Positions 27,245 to 40,423 of a stretch of 64,000 bases of DNA are shown here, one piece after another; the stretch's first letter is position 1; each line of letters begins with the position of its first letter. A program made the position numbers and the translations under genes. The notes beneath the pieces are model-generated. The model had not been told where the DNA came from, searched no databases, and was given only the letters and a program-made list of their open reading frames with translations. The stretch comes from Dimorphilus gyrociliatus. Its lineage: Eukaryota; Animalia; Annelida. Where the stretch lies: positions 1,037,112 to 1,101,111 of the forward strand of contig CAJFCJ010000024.1 in the NCBI GenBank assembly GCA_904063045.1, read 5' to 3'.

Positions 27245-28299
27245 ATGTTTACTCTCTATCTAACTCTCATTATACTTCAACAAGTATTGTCTGATTCAAG
27301 CAATCTTTGCTTGAATGACGATGAAACTTTGGTAAAAGTTGAACAGTACTTGGAGAAATTTACTGTTTACAAGAAACAGAATGATATTGGATCTAGTTGC
27401 AAGAGTCTAGAATTCAGCCAAGCTATTAAAAGGTTGTATAAAAGAAAGAAGGAATATTTAATTTTTCTTTCAGTTAATTTTCAATATTTTCATAAATTTA
27501 CTAAGCCTAAAGAAGGAATTGGGATTAGAACAAAGCGATACCATAACCGATGAACTCTTAAAAATAATGAAAGAAGATAGATGCGGAAATATTGAGTCTG
27601 GTGTCCAAGAGCAAACTCAATTCAAATGGCAGAATCCTTTAGATATTACTTATTGTTTTAATTATAAAAATGCTACTGAAAATGATGAAACTATGTACAT
27701 CTACCTAGAAACTGAAGCTATACAAGTAGCTCTTAACGACTGGAGTTTTAATGCAAATATTGAATTTAGGTTTGTTTTATGCGTAGAGAATAAAGATTTA
27801 ATTAAAAAACTTTAATTATTTCCATAGACAAGTTAACCCTGATTGGGTTGAATCTACTTTCTGGGAACTTCAACAATCTTGCGGTCTTGCATTTAGATTT
27901 GCTAGTGGAGATCACAGTTGGATGCATCCAGGACCTTCTAAGGGATTTGATGGCCCTGGAGGTGTCCTTGCTCATGCTTTCTTCCCTGGTCTCGGAGACG
28001 TACATTTCGATAAAGATGAAGACTGGGACTGGGACGAAACCAAAAATAAAAAGAGTCTTTACTACGTTGCTCTTCATGAAGTTGGTCATTCCCTAGGCCT
28101 AACACACTCAGCTGATCCAACCGCCGTCATGTACCCAACTTACAGACCATCAAACGCTAAAAATGGATTACCATCTGATGATGTACAAAGGATTCAGGCT
28201 TTATATGGTAAATATATAAAGATAAAATAAAGTAAATAAAGTACATAAACTATTCTTTCCTCTTTGTTTTTTTTATATAACACAGGTGCCAAATCATAA
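27245..28299 (+). CDS. Minimal-domain (matrilysin-like, no hemopexin) matrix metalloproteinase, paralogue A
   Basis: Signal peptide, pro-domain with EDRCGN Cys switch, FDGPGGVLAHAFFP, VHFDKDEDW, HEVGHSLGLTH zinc motif, AVMYP Met-turn; ends IQALYG|AKS-stop. Confidence 0.93.
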
Positions 28300-29690
28300 A
28301 TCCGAAAAAGTCTCACTACCTAGATCTTCAATATGATGGAAACGACTAACACTTCACCTTAGAATATTCTATAAAGCATTGCAAAAGTATTATAATAAAG
28401 TACATGTTATTGTATTAAATGTTAATTTAATTCTTGCACTAATGTATATATCTATATGTGTCTATATAGATATATATATATATATTTGATTATGTCAATT
28501 ATTGAGAAAAATGATTAAAAATAAAAAGAGATTATGGAAACTTAATGATTTCTTTATCTTATATAGTATTAATACTATATTTTAAAACTATCATTCTCTA
28601 TCAAACTACATATGAACAGTTTGTTCGGGTATAGACAGTATAATAAAATCTAAGAAAAAGAAGAAAACTCTCCTCAAAGGGATAATTATCACGATATTTT
28701 TAACTTGTAAAAATTCGCTTCAATAATCCTCTTGATTACCTGAATTAATTAATTGCTTATTATAAAAGGAAGCGATGAGGAAAGCCAGAAAAAATCCTCT
28801 GTGATATATGTCTATATTGTTTATATTTACTTCGTCTTAGGAAATAACACAAATTTGTATAAGAGAAATCAGAGCATTCACACATTAAAGATATACTGCA
28901 TTTGTAGTCTATTTTGAAAATTTGATAAGCTTTATCAAAGTGTTAAAAAATATTTAAAAACATGAGAGAATACCTCCATTAATTTATATTAGAATACAGT
29001 TTTTGAAAAGAAAACTAATGTTTGTTATATAAGCTAAACATTGACTAAATAATAATATAAATAAATAACAATTATGAATGAACTAAACTGTTGATATAAT
29101 CAAGAAAACTATTAAGGTTATTTACTAGATAATCATTAAAAAAGTAGCATAATGCTATATATATATATATGATGCAAAAAAGAAAAAAAAACAAGATTAG
29201 ATCTTTGTTAGTGCAATTACTACTTTTTATATTTTGCCTTTTTAAGTTTCCTTTTGTTTGTTATTTTTTTTTTATAAAAAAAAAATAACAATAAATAAAT
29301 AAAGAGAGAAAAACTTTAATGTTTGGACAGTTTTAAGTTTTTTTCTTTTCAATTTATACGAAATATAGACAATGAATATAGAAAATTATTAAAAATAGTT
29401 ATGTATTGATGTGTATTTGTCAAAATATGAAATAATATAAATTATAATTGGTTTAATATCCTTATACGGCATAAAATTATCCATTTATGCTAACTATGAA
29501 AAATTATTTAGCTGTTTATAGCTGAATTACTAAACATAGACTTTGAATTTGATATAAACAATTAATTAAGGGCGCTTTTTTAGTAATTGAAAAACTATAA
29601 AAGGGACCTGAATCTTGTAGAATTATTCAGTTCTTGAATATATTTCTCCAACGGACAGAATACGAGAAGGAAGATATAGAGGAGTTTAAA

Positions 29691-30740
29691 ATGATTTCTA
29701 TTTATCTCTCTTGCTTATTTATTGCATTTGCCACGGCTTTACCTAGAGTTGATAAATATGACACTAGTCTCGAAAACTATGAAATAATGGCTGAAATAGA
29801 AGAATATTTACTACAATTTTCCGACTATCAAAAGCCCCAAGAACTCACTAGTTTCTGGGAGAGTGACTCATACAAAGATTCCTTGATTGGGTATTTTTAG
29901 TTAGAATACGGAAAATGTTTACTAGTTTTTGTCAATGTCAATAATTTTTTTTTCAGAGCTAAAAGAGAATTGGGATTGGAGGAAAATACCGAAATTACAA
30001 GTGAATTTCTTGACTTAATTAGACAAGACAGATGTGGAAATTCAGAATCTAAAGAATCTCTTGCATTTAGCGCTGTTCTTAAATGGCCAAATAAAAACGA
30101 CATAACTTATTGTATTGATTACGATAATTTACATCCAACCATCCCGGTTAGCAAACAAGTTGGAATTTTTGAACAAGGTCTAATAGACTGGAATAAATAT
30201 GCTAATTTCAAAGTTAGGTTAGTTATCTATTAGTTCTTTATATTGACTTCTTATTGATAATGTCTATGGAGAATTATACGTTTTTTCAATATTGCAGACG
30301 AGTTGCATTCCCTAAAGGATATACAAAGTTTTGGAAATTTCAACTTGCTTGCGGAATTGCTTTTAGATTTGCTCCCAAATATCACGACTATATGCACAGC
30401 GGTTCAAACTATAATTTCGATGGCAGAGGCAAGGTTCTTGCTCATGCTACTCTTCCTCAAGATGGAGATATTCACTACGATATGGCTGAACCATGGGCAA
30501 CTGATGGATCATCCGGAACCAAAGACTTATACTCTGTTACAATCCACGAACTTGGTCATTCTTTGGGTCTAGCTCACTCACGAGAGAGATCAGCCGTTAT
30601 GTACCCAATTTATGGTTATAAAAAGAAGATATCTAGTGATGATATCAACGGAATTCGAGCCCTATACGGTTAATAGTCTTTATGGAACAAAAAAAAACAC
30701 AAAAATCTAAGTCTTTTTTCTTCTTTTTATAGGCCAATAA
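29691..30740 (+). CDS. Minimal-domain matrix metalloproteinase, paralogue B (tandem duplicate)
   Basis: Signal peptide, QDRCGN, FDGRGKVLAHATLP, IHYDMAEPW, HELGHSLGLAH, AVMYP; ends IRALYG|Q-stop. Intron positions are similar to paralogue A. Confidence 0.93.
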
Positions 30741-31286
30741 GACGTTTCTTCACAAAACTTTTAAAGACGCTTACAAAAGCTTATTTAATCGGCAGCCAAA
30801 ATGAAAGGAACCATTGCACGAGAATGTTTAATATATATATATATATATTTAGCACTTAGTATAATGTAATTGTTCTAAAAAATTAATACAAATCTTAACA
30901 TAATAGATGAACAACCGAAGAAATAATGAGTTACTTTTATTAAATACTACTCTAGATTTTCTATTCGATGCTCATAACTCGAAGGCAACCTGATTGTCCA
31001 TATAAATTACAGAGAGAAGTTAGCTTGAAGGAATAATTAACAAATTGTTAAAGTAAAAGAAAAGAAAAATTAAGTAAATCTATTAATGAACAATTAATAA
31101 TAGAATTTCGTGTAAGACAGGAAAGTATCACAAAAGAAAACATTTTAAACCTCAGGATAAAATCGTTACTTAAACAATAATTTATAAGGCACGATCACAA
31201 CGTATAGAACGAAATGCCCCCTTTTCTACTCGTCTACAATCGGTATATGTATAGCAGTAGTTATATACAGTATATATTCTAATATA

Positions 31287-31320
<34 letters not shown>

Positions 31321-31352
31321 AGAAACATACTGCTGATTGATTATTGCTAGAT

Positions 31353-33294
31353 ATGTTGGCCTACCGGCTACTTCTTTTTCTCTCCTTCTCTTATCCTTGC
31401 TTTCTCATTCGATATAATTTTAAACTTGGATTAAGTTTTCCATCAAGTCAGGATAGAAATAATCGGTTTTCGGCCGAAGCTACATCGGGGGCAGTTTCAA
31501 TCGCTATTCAAGAATGTAAAGATAGAGATTTCTTGAGAGATATTAATTTAAGGTATTATCATTTTGTTTGTTTGTCAATTAGTAAATAAATTATAGATAA
31601 TGAATAAATTTATACTTGTTAATATTTTATAGTATTGTTTGGAAAGTTAGCAAAAAAGTTTGCGATAGATTCGAAGGATCTGCAAGTATTTATAAACTAA
31701 TAGACGATGAGAATGTTGATGTGGTAATTGAATCAGCCTGTTCTTGGGGTAAAACAATATCTATTGTTTATATATATTATATATATAGATATATATATGC
31801 ATATAATATTATTAACAAGCTATAATGTTAACCATCTAGTCACTTTGTCTGCCGCTACTTATTCGAGCTATAAAAATACAATGCTTTATGCCGTGTCATC
31901 AATTGATCCTGAACTATCAAATAAAAAAATTTATAATACTCTTGTCAGACCGGGTGTACCCAATTACAGTACAATGGGTTCGTTAATTATGAGTTTTCTG
32001 GACTATTTTAAATGGAAAACTGTGGCAATTATGTCAGTTGATTATGATTATTGCGGTTTAGGTCTAAGATCTCTCGTTGAAATGTTTAAATCAAGGCATC
32101 TTAATCTTGTCGATAATATTCATATCGGTGAAACCGATGGAAAAGTTGAAATTGATAATTATTTGGAAAGATTATCCACAAGAACTAGAAGTATATTCCT
32201 CTTTTTTTCATATAACTTTTCAATCTTCCTTCATTTATAGGCTTATTGAATATTTACAGTTATAATCCTATGCGCATCCGAAGAACAAATAAGAACTATT
32301 TTAACTATTGCTTATGAGAAAGAAATGAAGTCTGAGGAATACGTTTTTCTATATTACCATAAGATTCCTACAAACTTTACTTTTAGACCATGGAGAAGCG
32401 ATGAAGAAATGGACTTGTATAGACCTCTTATTCAAATAACAGTAAGCTCATTGGTTGGGGAGAAAGTTGATAATTTTATAAAACAAGTTCAAATTGAAAG
32501 TGCTAATGCGCCATTTTATCAAGATTTGTTTTTAAGGAATAATTGGCTACCATCATCCTTTAGTGTATTTACATACGAGACTACTATACTTGTTTGTAGT
32601 ATACTAAACGAAACTGCAACATTCAATTACAGTATTAGAGATGTTTCCCATGTTATGAATCGTTCAAAAAGTCAAATTGTTCAAGGTCGATTCGGTAGGA
32701 TACAATTGGATAATAATGCTGATCGTTTACCAGATTATTGGGTTTGGCACTTTGACCAGGAAAATAGAGCTTACTCTCATTGGATGGACATTGAGTTTAC
32801 TGGAAACCATGAAAATTCTGTCAAAGTATATTTAGTGAATGATAGAAATTGGGACGTTCCTAGTGATATGCCTGCATGCGGATTTCAAGGAGAATTATGC
32901 AGGAAAGATGATACTTCTGGTTAGCTATTCTTATATTTCATAGTATATTTAATAATTTTTTCAACAAGATTAACGTCCACTTATCTTTGCAGGTTCCTTA
33001 ATCTTACCAGTTGCTTTACCATTATTATTGGTATGTCTTGTCGTATTTATTTCACTTGTATATTTATATATAAGGTAAAAGAAATTTTTTATCCTTTCTT
33101 CTGCCACTTTTGACGAATGACTTTCTATTACATGTTAATTTATTTTCATTTCCCTTCTCTGCCTACTGTTCGTCACCATTCATTCAATCTATAAATTAGG
33201 AAAAGACGGATTAATTATGAAATAGATAAGAACATTTGGAAAATTGAAATAGAAGAAGTTCGCGTTTTATCGGTAAAAACAAATTAGACTCTTT

Positions 33295-33330
<36 letters not shown>

Positions 33331-35496
33331 TATATACTGTATAATACATTAATATTTCTTAGAATGCATCAAGCTCATTTACCAAATCCGGTCTAACTTC
33401 TGGTAGTGGAGATACTGGAAATACTAAAATCACTAGTGAGCAACTTTTTACAAAAGTGGGAATTTACAAAGGACGAACAGTAGCTATTAAAGAAGCAATT
33501 TTAAGAAGATCGTTTATGGAAGAGAAGAAATTTCTGGCTAATCTTCGAGAGGTTTAATCAAAATATAATTTCATTTTAAATGAAAGTGAAAATTAATCTA
33601 ATAAGCCTCCATTTTAATTTTACTACCATTCTTAGATGAAATACATGTCGCATGAGAATATTAATCAATTCGTTGGCTTTTCTTTTAACAATGAAATTGA
33701 TCATATTATTTGGTTGTACTGTTCGAAAGGAAGTCTACAAGATGTATTACAAAATGATTCAATATCACTTGATAATATATTCAAAAGATCTTTAATAGTA
33801 GATTTAGCTAATGGTCTTAATTATATACATTCATCGGCGATTGGCGTACACGGACATTTAAGTACTGGACATTGTTTAATTGATAGTAGATGGATTTTAA
33901 AAATTAGTTCATTTGGAATGAACGATTACAAATATTATGAATATACATCAAAAAACGAAGCGGAAGTGTACAAAATATTTAAATGTTTAATTTGGCTTGC
34001 ACCCGAAATTCTAAGAACAAACTTTTTTGCCGATTCAAAATTTTTAATTCCTGGAGGAAATCAAAAATCAGATATTTATAGCTTTTCTTTAATTATTTAT
34101 GAGATTATTACTAGAAAATTACCATTTCTCAATGACGGCGTACATCCAAGAGGTCTTATCATACTTTCTAATATTTTAAACCTATTCATTTATCTCCTTT
34201 ACATGACAACCTCTTAGACGTTGTAAATAGGGTGAAAAATGGTGAACATCAACCATATAGGCCTGTTACTGATGATTCCGAAGAATTGAATGATCAAGAT
34301 AGAGCTTTCTTAAGATTGGCTAAAGACTGTTGGAAAGAAAATGTGAACGAAAGACCCCTGTTGTCAGCTTTACAAAAAGATATAAAAAGAATATGCAGGG
34401 GAAGGTAGGAATTTGAAAAGAAAACAATACTCATACTTTATTAAACATATATTATAAATATACTCATAAGGGCTAATAATATAATGGATGTTATGATTCA
34501 TAAATTAGAAACTTATACTAATAATCTAGAAGAGATTATATCGAATAGAACAACTGAACTTATGGAAGAGAAAAGGAAAACTGACCGTCTTTTGTATAGA
34601 ATGTTACCTTCGTAAGTATTTACTAGCTCTTTCCTTATGCTTTGTTCTTTATTCTTTTTTGTCATATGTATTAAATAGTACCGTTGCCGAAAAATTGAAA
34701 ACTGGCGCGGAAGTTGAAGCGGAACTTTATGAATCTGTTACGATATTCTTTTCGGATGTTGTTGGTTTTACTGTACTTTGCTCTTTAAGTACTCCCATGC
34801 AAGTTGTGTATTTGTTAAATGACTTGTACACGCTATTCGACGATATTTTAGAAAAATACGACGTCTACAAGGTAAGATGAAATATATCACTTATAAAACC
34901 GCCATCTACCGTATTCTATGCTAAACTTTTATATTTACTTAACACGTTACAGATAGAGACAATTGGTGACGCTTATATGGTTGTATCTGGTTTGCCAAAG
35001 AGGAATGGTAAACGTCACGCAACAGAAATAGCGGATGTAGCTTTGCATTTATTAGATTCAGTGAAAGAGTTTAAAATCCGCCATAGGCCAGAAGAGCAAT
35101 TAAAATTAAGAATAGGCATTCATACAGGACCTTGTGCAGCGGGAGTTGTAGGAATGACAATGCCAAGGTTATTAATAAACTCTTTATCCTTTGATAGATA
35201 AAGTAATTAAATTATTCTTTATTTTGTAAATATAGATATTGCCTTTTTGGAGATACTGTAAACGTGGCAAGTAGAATGGAGAGTAGTGGAGAAGCCCTAA
35301 AAATACAACTAAGCCAAAAGAGCAAGGACACTCTTGATGCTACAGAAGAATCAAAATATTTATTATCATATCGGGGAAAAATCAACGTAAAGGTAGTTAA
35401 ATGTAATTTAGTTCCCTTATCAGATATAATAATCATTATCTTCTCATCAAGGGGAAAGGAGAGGTAACTACTTACTGGCTTAATGGAAAGATGTAA
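31353..35496 (+). CDS. Single-pass receptor guanylyl cyclase (NPR/ANP-receptor-like ectodomain, TM, kinase-homology domain, coiled coil, cyclase)
   Basis: Signal peptide; periplasmic-binding-type ectodomain ending [10 protein letters not shown]; TM around 33000-33070; KHD ([37 protein letters not shown]); cyclase [63 protein letters not shown]. Confidence 0.93.
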
Positions 35497-36804
35497 TTTA
35501 AATATATGATAATACTGGTTGTTATTAATTATAACAATTAGTTGATTTCTAGACTTGGAAGAAGACTCTGTTTCATGAATCGTTCTAAATTTGAAGTTTA
35601 CTATGTTGTATATAATCCTGAAAACATAAATATATATATACAGTATGTATATTGTACATAATAGACATGTATATGTAAATGTGAGAGTGTTTGTACAATA
35701 TATTGTTTGTACATGTTGTCTTCACTCTTTCTCTCGCTATATCTCTCTCTCTCTCTCTCTCTCTCTGTAAATATATATCTATGAATATGAACAAATCATC
35801 TTTTTCATTCCTGAGTAATATATAATTATTTACAAAATATTAATGATAAACATCTGCTTCGAATGTTTCTTCATTTCCGTTTAAAACTATAAGGGAAAAA
35901 AAGTGCAAACAGATTTCACTAATTAATTCAACTACTTTCAATTTCATTTTAATTAACTTACTTTCAACTTAATTAACCATTTGTATTCATATACTCACTA
36001 TATGCAATATAATATAAAACCTACATATCTAAATGTACTATAGTCTTTTACTATTACTGCTATAAATGAATGACTGAATGACTGAACGAACGAATAAATG
36101 AATGAACAAATTTCATTCTATGTGTTTAATCATGTGTTTTAATTAGGCTTTGCCTATTCTATTAAATAACAAGGTTGTAAAATTGTTATCTCGATAAAAG
36201 TGCCATCTATAGCACTCATTCTACATAAAGGCTTGTAGATTAACTGTAGCTTTACCTTGGTTCATTTAAATATTGATATCGGCAATGAAAAGTTGTTTTG
36301 TGGTTTAAGAATAAATCGGGCATTGACTCTAACCTTTCGTCTAGACGATGTTTTCATTTTTCCATTAACAGAAGCTCTGGACGGGAAACCTTAGCAAAGT
36401 TAATCGTTGGCAAAAATTAACAGACTGTGTGACCCATTTAAGCAGATCGCTTATAATTTATTGTCTTTTAATTCCAATAGGAAATTAATGGCAATTTCAA
36501 GGTTTTTTCTCTTCCATACTAAAAGAGCCTTTAAAATATTATATATTATATATTTCTATGATGGTTGTATAAAGACAAAGTAATAAAATATTTATAAGCT
36601 AACTATACCATTCAGCAAAGAGTTTTTATAAATATCGCTTTATTAGTATTATATAACATCTAATTTAATTAAACGTTGACTAACTGTGTATTAGAATTAA
36701 TAAAAAGAAATTTCTTTCTCCAGTTTTTTTTCTTTTTTCCTTTCACTTAAAAACTTTTAGGATAGAAATCTAATTATTATTTATAAAGTTCTTTATTAAA
36801 CTGA

Positions 36805-36847
36805 AGAAGGAGAAGAAGAAGGAGAAGAAGAAGAAGAAGAAGAAGAA
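36805..36847. repeat. (GAA/GGA)n trinucleotide microsatellite
   Basis: Direct reading. Confidence 0.8.
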
Positions 36848-37277
36848 AACGAACAAAAGATATGACGGAGTAAATTGTTCAGTTTAAAAAAATATAACAC
36901 CTTTAACAAAGAAAGGAAATGTAGATGAAAAAACTCCTTTTCTACTTTTTTTTTATTTTAAATACAAGCAGAGAGAGAGAGAGAAAACACTTTTTTAGAT
37001 TTTTCTTTTCTTTACGTTCTCTCTTTTTATTTCAACTTTCTTTCTATGAATAGTGAATAGAGGAGGAAAAAGAGGGAAAAAGGAAGAGAGAAATAAAACT
37101 AAAGTAATAAAAGAAATACGTATTACTAATGATATTATTATTATTCATGAATATATACAACCAATTATAAATTATTAACGTATTTAGATCAATTTAATGA
37201 GAAAATTAACTCTTGGAAAGAATAAAGAAAATAGAATTAAATGATCAATATATAAAGAATATCCTGAAATTTTCTCT

Positions 37278-37315
<38 letters not shown>

Positions 37316-39239
37316 GAATATCTCTATGTTTACATATATACCGTCCACTACATATAGTTAATTTTTTTCTCTTTATCTAGTATCTTAGTTTAGTAGAAGA
37401 AATAAAAGGAATTAATATATTGTCTACATACGGTATTTACAAATGTCTGTATTTATATTGTATTCCCACTTTATTCACCGTTCCACCTAGTTTATATAAT
37501 AATGAAAGTTATAAACAAGTTTTCAGCGGTTTGCTCCTTTTTCACTCTAGCATGTTCTAGGGCTAAATACATCTTTATCTTACGTATAAGTATTTCCCTT
37601 GTTATGAGAATTTCTATGTTGTTTACTCTCCAAAAGAAAAATGAAACAGGGCTTTATTATCGTACGGACTAAATTCTATCAGATTTGGAATATAATATGT
37701 TATATAATCTCTATCTATTGAGGGGATAGAAAATTCATGAATAATTTTTTCGTTATATATTTTCCTATATTGCTAAAAACAAAGTGTTGGAGAAAGATAG
37801 AAAGAGAGAGAAAGAGAAAAGAGAGAAATGAGTAAAGTTTGCGCACATAAAGTACACGTTACATTTATTAAGAACGGTGAAAAAATCTTAGACATCCAGT
37901 ATTTGTTAATCATCTTTATATACAGTGGAAATAAATTAAATACATTCTAATCTTTGCTGTTATTTTTTTTCTTGTTGTATTAAAAATCCATTAATATCCT
38001 ATTTACTTAATGTGTATAACAGTTTTATTCAGGTTATTGACCTATTAATAATATTGTTTATTTAAGATGTCTCCGAATAAAAATAATCTAAATAAGAAAG
38101 AATAATGAAATTTTCCATTGGAAAGGTGAAAAAGAAACGAAAGCGTAACGATATGCAATATGTGAAACAGTCGTATCAGTTGATTGTTGCCTAAGTAGAT
38201 TGCTAAACGAAGGCTTATAATTCATTACGTAACGTAAATCTCTCTCATACGTTTCTTAGCTGCATAACACATAGCAATTAGAGAGAAAGACAGAAAGAAC
38301 GAATGAATGAAAGATTTAGTAGAGAATTCTTTTAGATGAATAAGCAATAGAAAATTATTAAAAGTCAAGATTAAAATCAAACTTTAAGCCATCTGTTTTC
38401 ATAATATCTTTTCTTATAATATAGTGTTTATATACGTAATCTAGATCTATAAATATTACCTTTTGTTTATCTACGAAAATTATTTAAAGAAAATTCATAT
38501 AAACAAAACAAAAACAAGCTTTACTAAAAAAAAAAGTTGAAAGGGATAAGGGAATTTGTAGATTTTCACCATAAAAAATTCTTTAATATGGTGTTGTAAA
38601 CCATCCAGTGTTTTTTATGATTCTTTCTAATCGTTCCTTGGAAATGGAAAGTTTTAACCAAGTAGTTTTTCGTATAAAGTGTAAAAATTCACAGATTATC
38701 TCTTTACACATAGTGTTTGTACAGTGATTGCATAAAGAAAATAAAAACAACCTCATTTGCATACTAGTTTCAATTTATCTGATAAATTAAAAAGGAAAGA
38801 AACAAAAATATTGCAAAAAAAAAGTCAATTTTTTCTTATTCTTTGGTGCTATGTTTTTCTTGTTTTCATCTTTTCCCGTTTCCCTTAGTGTTTTTCTCTT
38901 TATAGAGCTGTTATATGTGACGTCACAGAAAATTTCTCAGCTAGGGAATGACGTATGTTTTGAAGAGTGGAGTGGAATAATTTCGGACCAGATATAGAAT
39001 ACTCTATATTATCAAGGTGCCCTTTATACAAAAGACATACTCAGACCTAATTTTGAGGGGCAAAACAAACATATTAGGTGAATTTCCATCCTTTGATATG
39101 AAGCAGATAATACGTTTTAAATCTATTTCTTCATTGTTTATTAAGAAATAGAGGAGAAAGCATTTCTAATTAATTATTAACTTATACAAAAAAATGGTAT
39201 TTTTTTCTTTCTTTTTTGTTTTTTAAAGAAAATTACATA

Positions 39240-40423
39240 CAGTCGCGATATTAAGTAATTATAACATCATCTTTATGACCTCATAATTATGAGTAGTATC
39301 ATTGAAAAAAAAGTGGCCTACAAATATTGTTCCCCTGTTCTACAAAGAATTCAGAACATTCAATTTATTTTGGAATAATTAAAAAATGCGTCGCCTATCT
39401 CTTGAAATCCGCAAAAGTATCCTGAATCACCTGGGAATGCCGAAGATAACGATTCGAAGCATAGCAGAAAAATTTAATTGCAGCCCTGCGACAGTGCAGA
39501 ATATAAAGAACAAATATAAAAAATTTGGAACAATAAAAAATTTAAAGAGATCTGGTAGACCACGCAAAATCACTAGGAGGATGGAGTTACAGCTAACAAA
39601 ATCATCAAGATCGAATCCAAAATGGACAGCTAGACAAGTTCTAGAAAATTCAGCTGTTCCAATAAAGATTTCTTTATCAAGCGTAAAAAAAATTCTCTGC
39701 AAATACAAATTAAATGGGAGAATTGCTGCTAAAAAGCCAGCTCTAAATAGTAAACAAATTAAAAAACAAATGCAGTTTTGCAATCAAAAACTGAAATGGA
39801 GCTCAAATATGTGGAGAAAAGTTATATTTAGTGACGAGAGCAAAGTTGAACTCCATCCTCGTCGAAGGGAATATGTGAGGAGGCCAGTTGGTACTAGAAA
39901 TGATCCAAAATACACTACCAAAACTGTGAAGTTTGGTGGTGGTAACAGAAGAAAACTATGCTTAGGCAACCTAAAAATATAAAAGAGCTGTGAGAAATTT
40001 TTAGGGAGGAATTCTTCAAAATTTCTAATTTCGAAATTCAAGCATTATATGCCTCTATTGAAAGAAGGCTAAATGCAACAAAAAAGGCACGGGGTAAGCA
40101 AACAAAATATTAAAACTAATAATTTTGCCATATACAATTGTATACCTATCTGAAAGTGCATAAATAAATTAAAATAAGTACTTTTCATGAACTCGATGGA
40201 TTTGTTATAATTACTTAATAGCGACCTAAATTCATAGTATCCTAAAAAAGAGTGAAAAACTGATTCTTAAAATATAGATATTTATCTGAAATTTTGCATG
40301 ATGTTTCACAAGTCATCTATCCTATAGAAAATTTATTCACAACCATACACTTTGTCTGTAAAACAAAATATTTCGATTTTTAGGCATTTTTACTCTTGTT
40401 ATAATTACTTAATATCGCGACTG
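39240..40423 (+). mobile_element. Tc1-family transposon deletion derivative, 1184 bp, second family
   Basis: Perfect 27-bp TIR CAGTCGCGATATTAAGTAATTATAACA with TA flanks and an inner repeat at about 40200-40226. ORF 39386-39982 has the paired-like HTH, GRPRK and VIFSDESK, then jumps after VKFGGG to C-terminal remnants ending ARGKQTKY. Confidence 0.93.
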
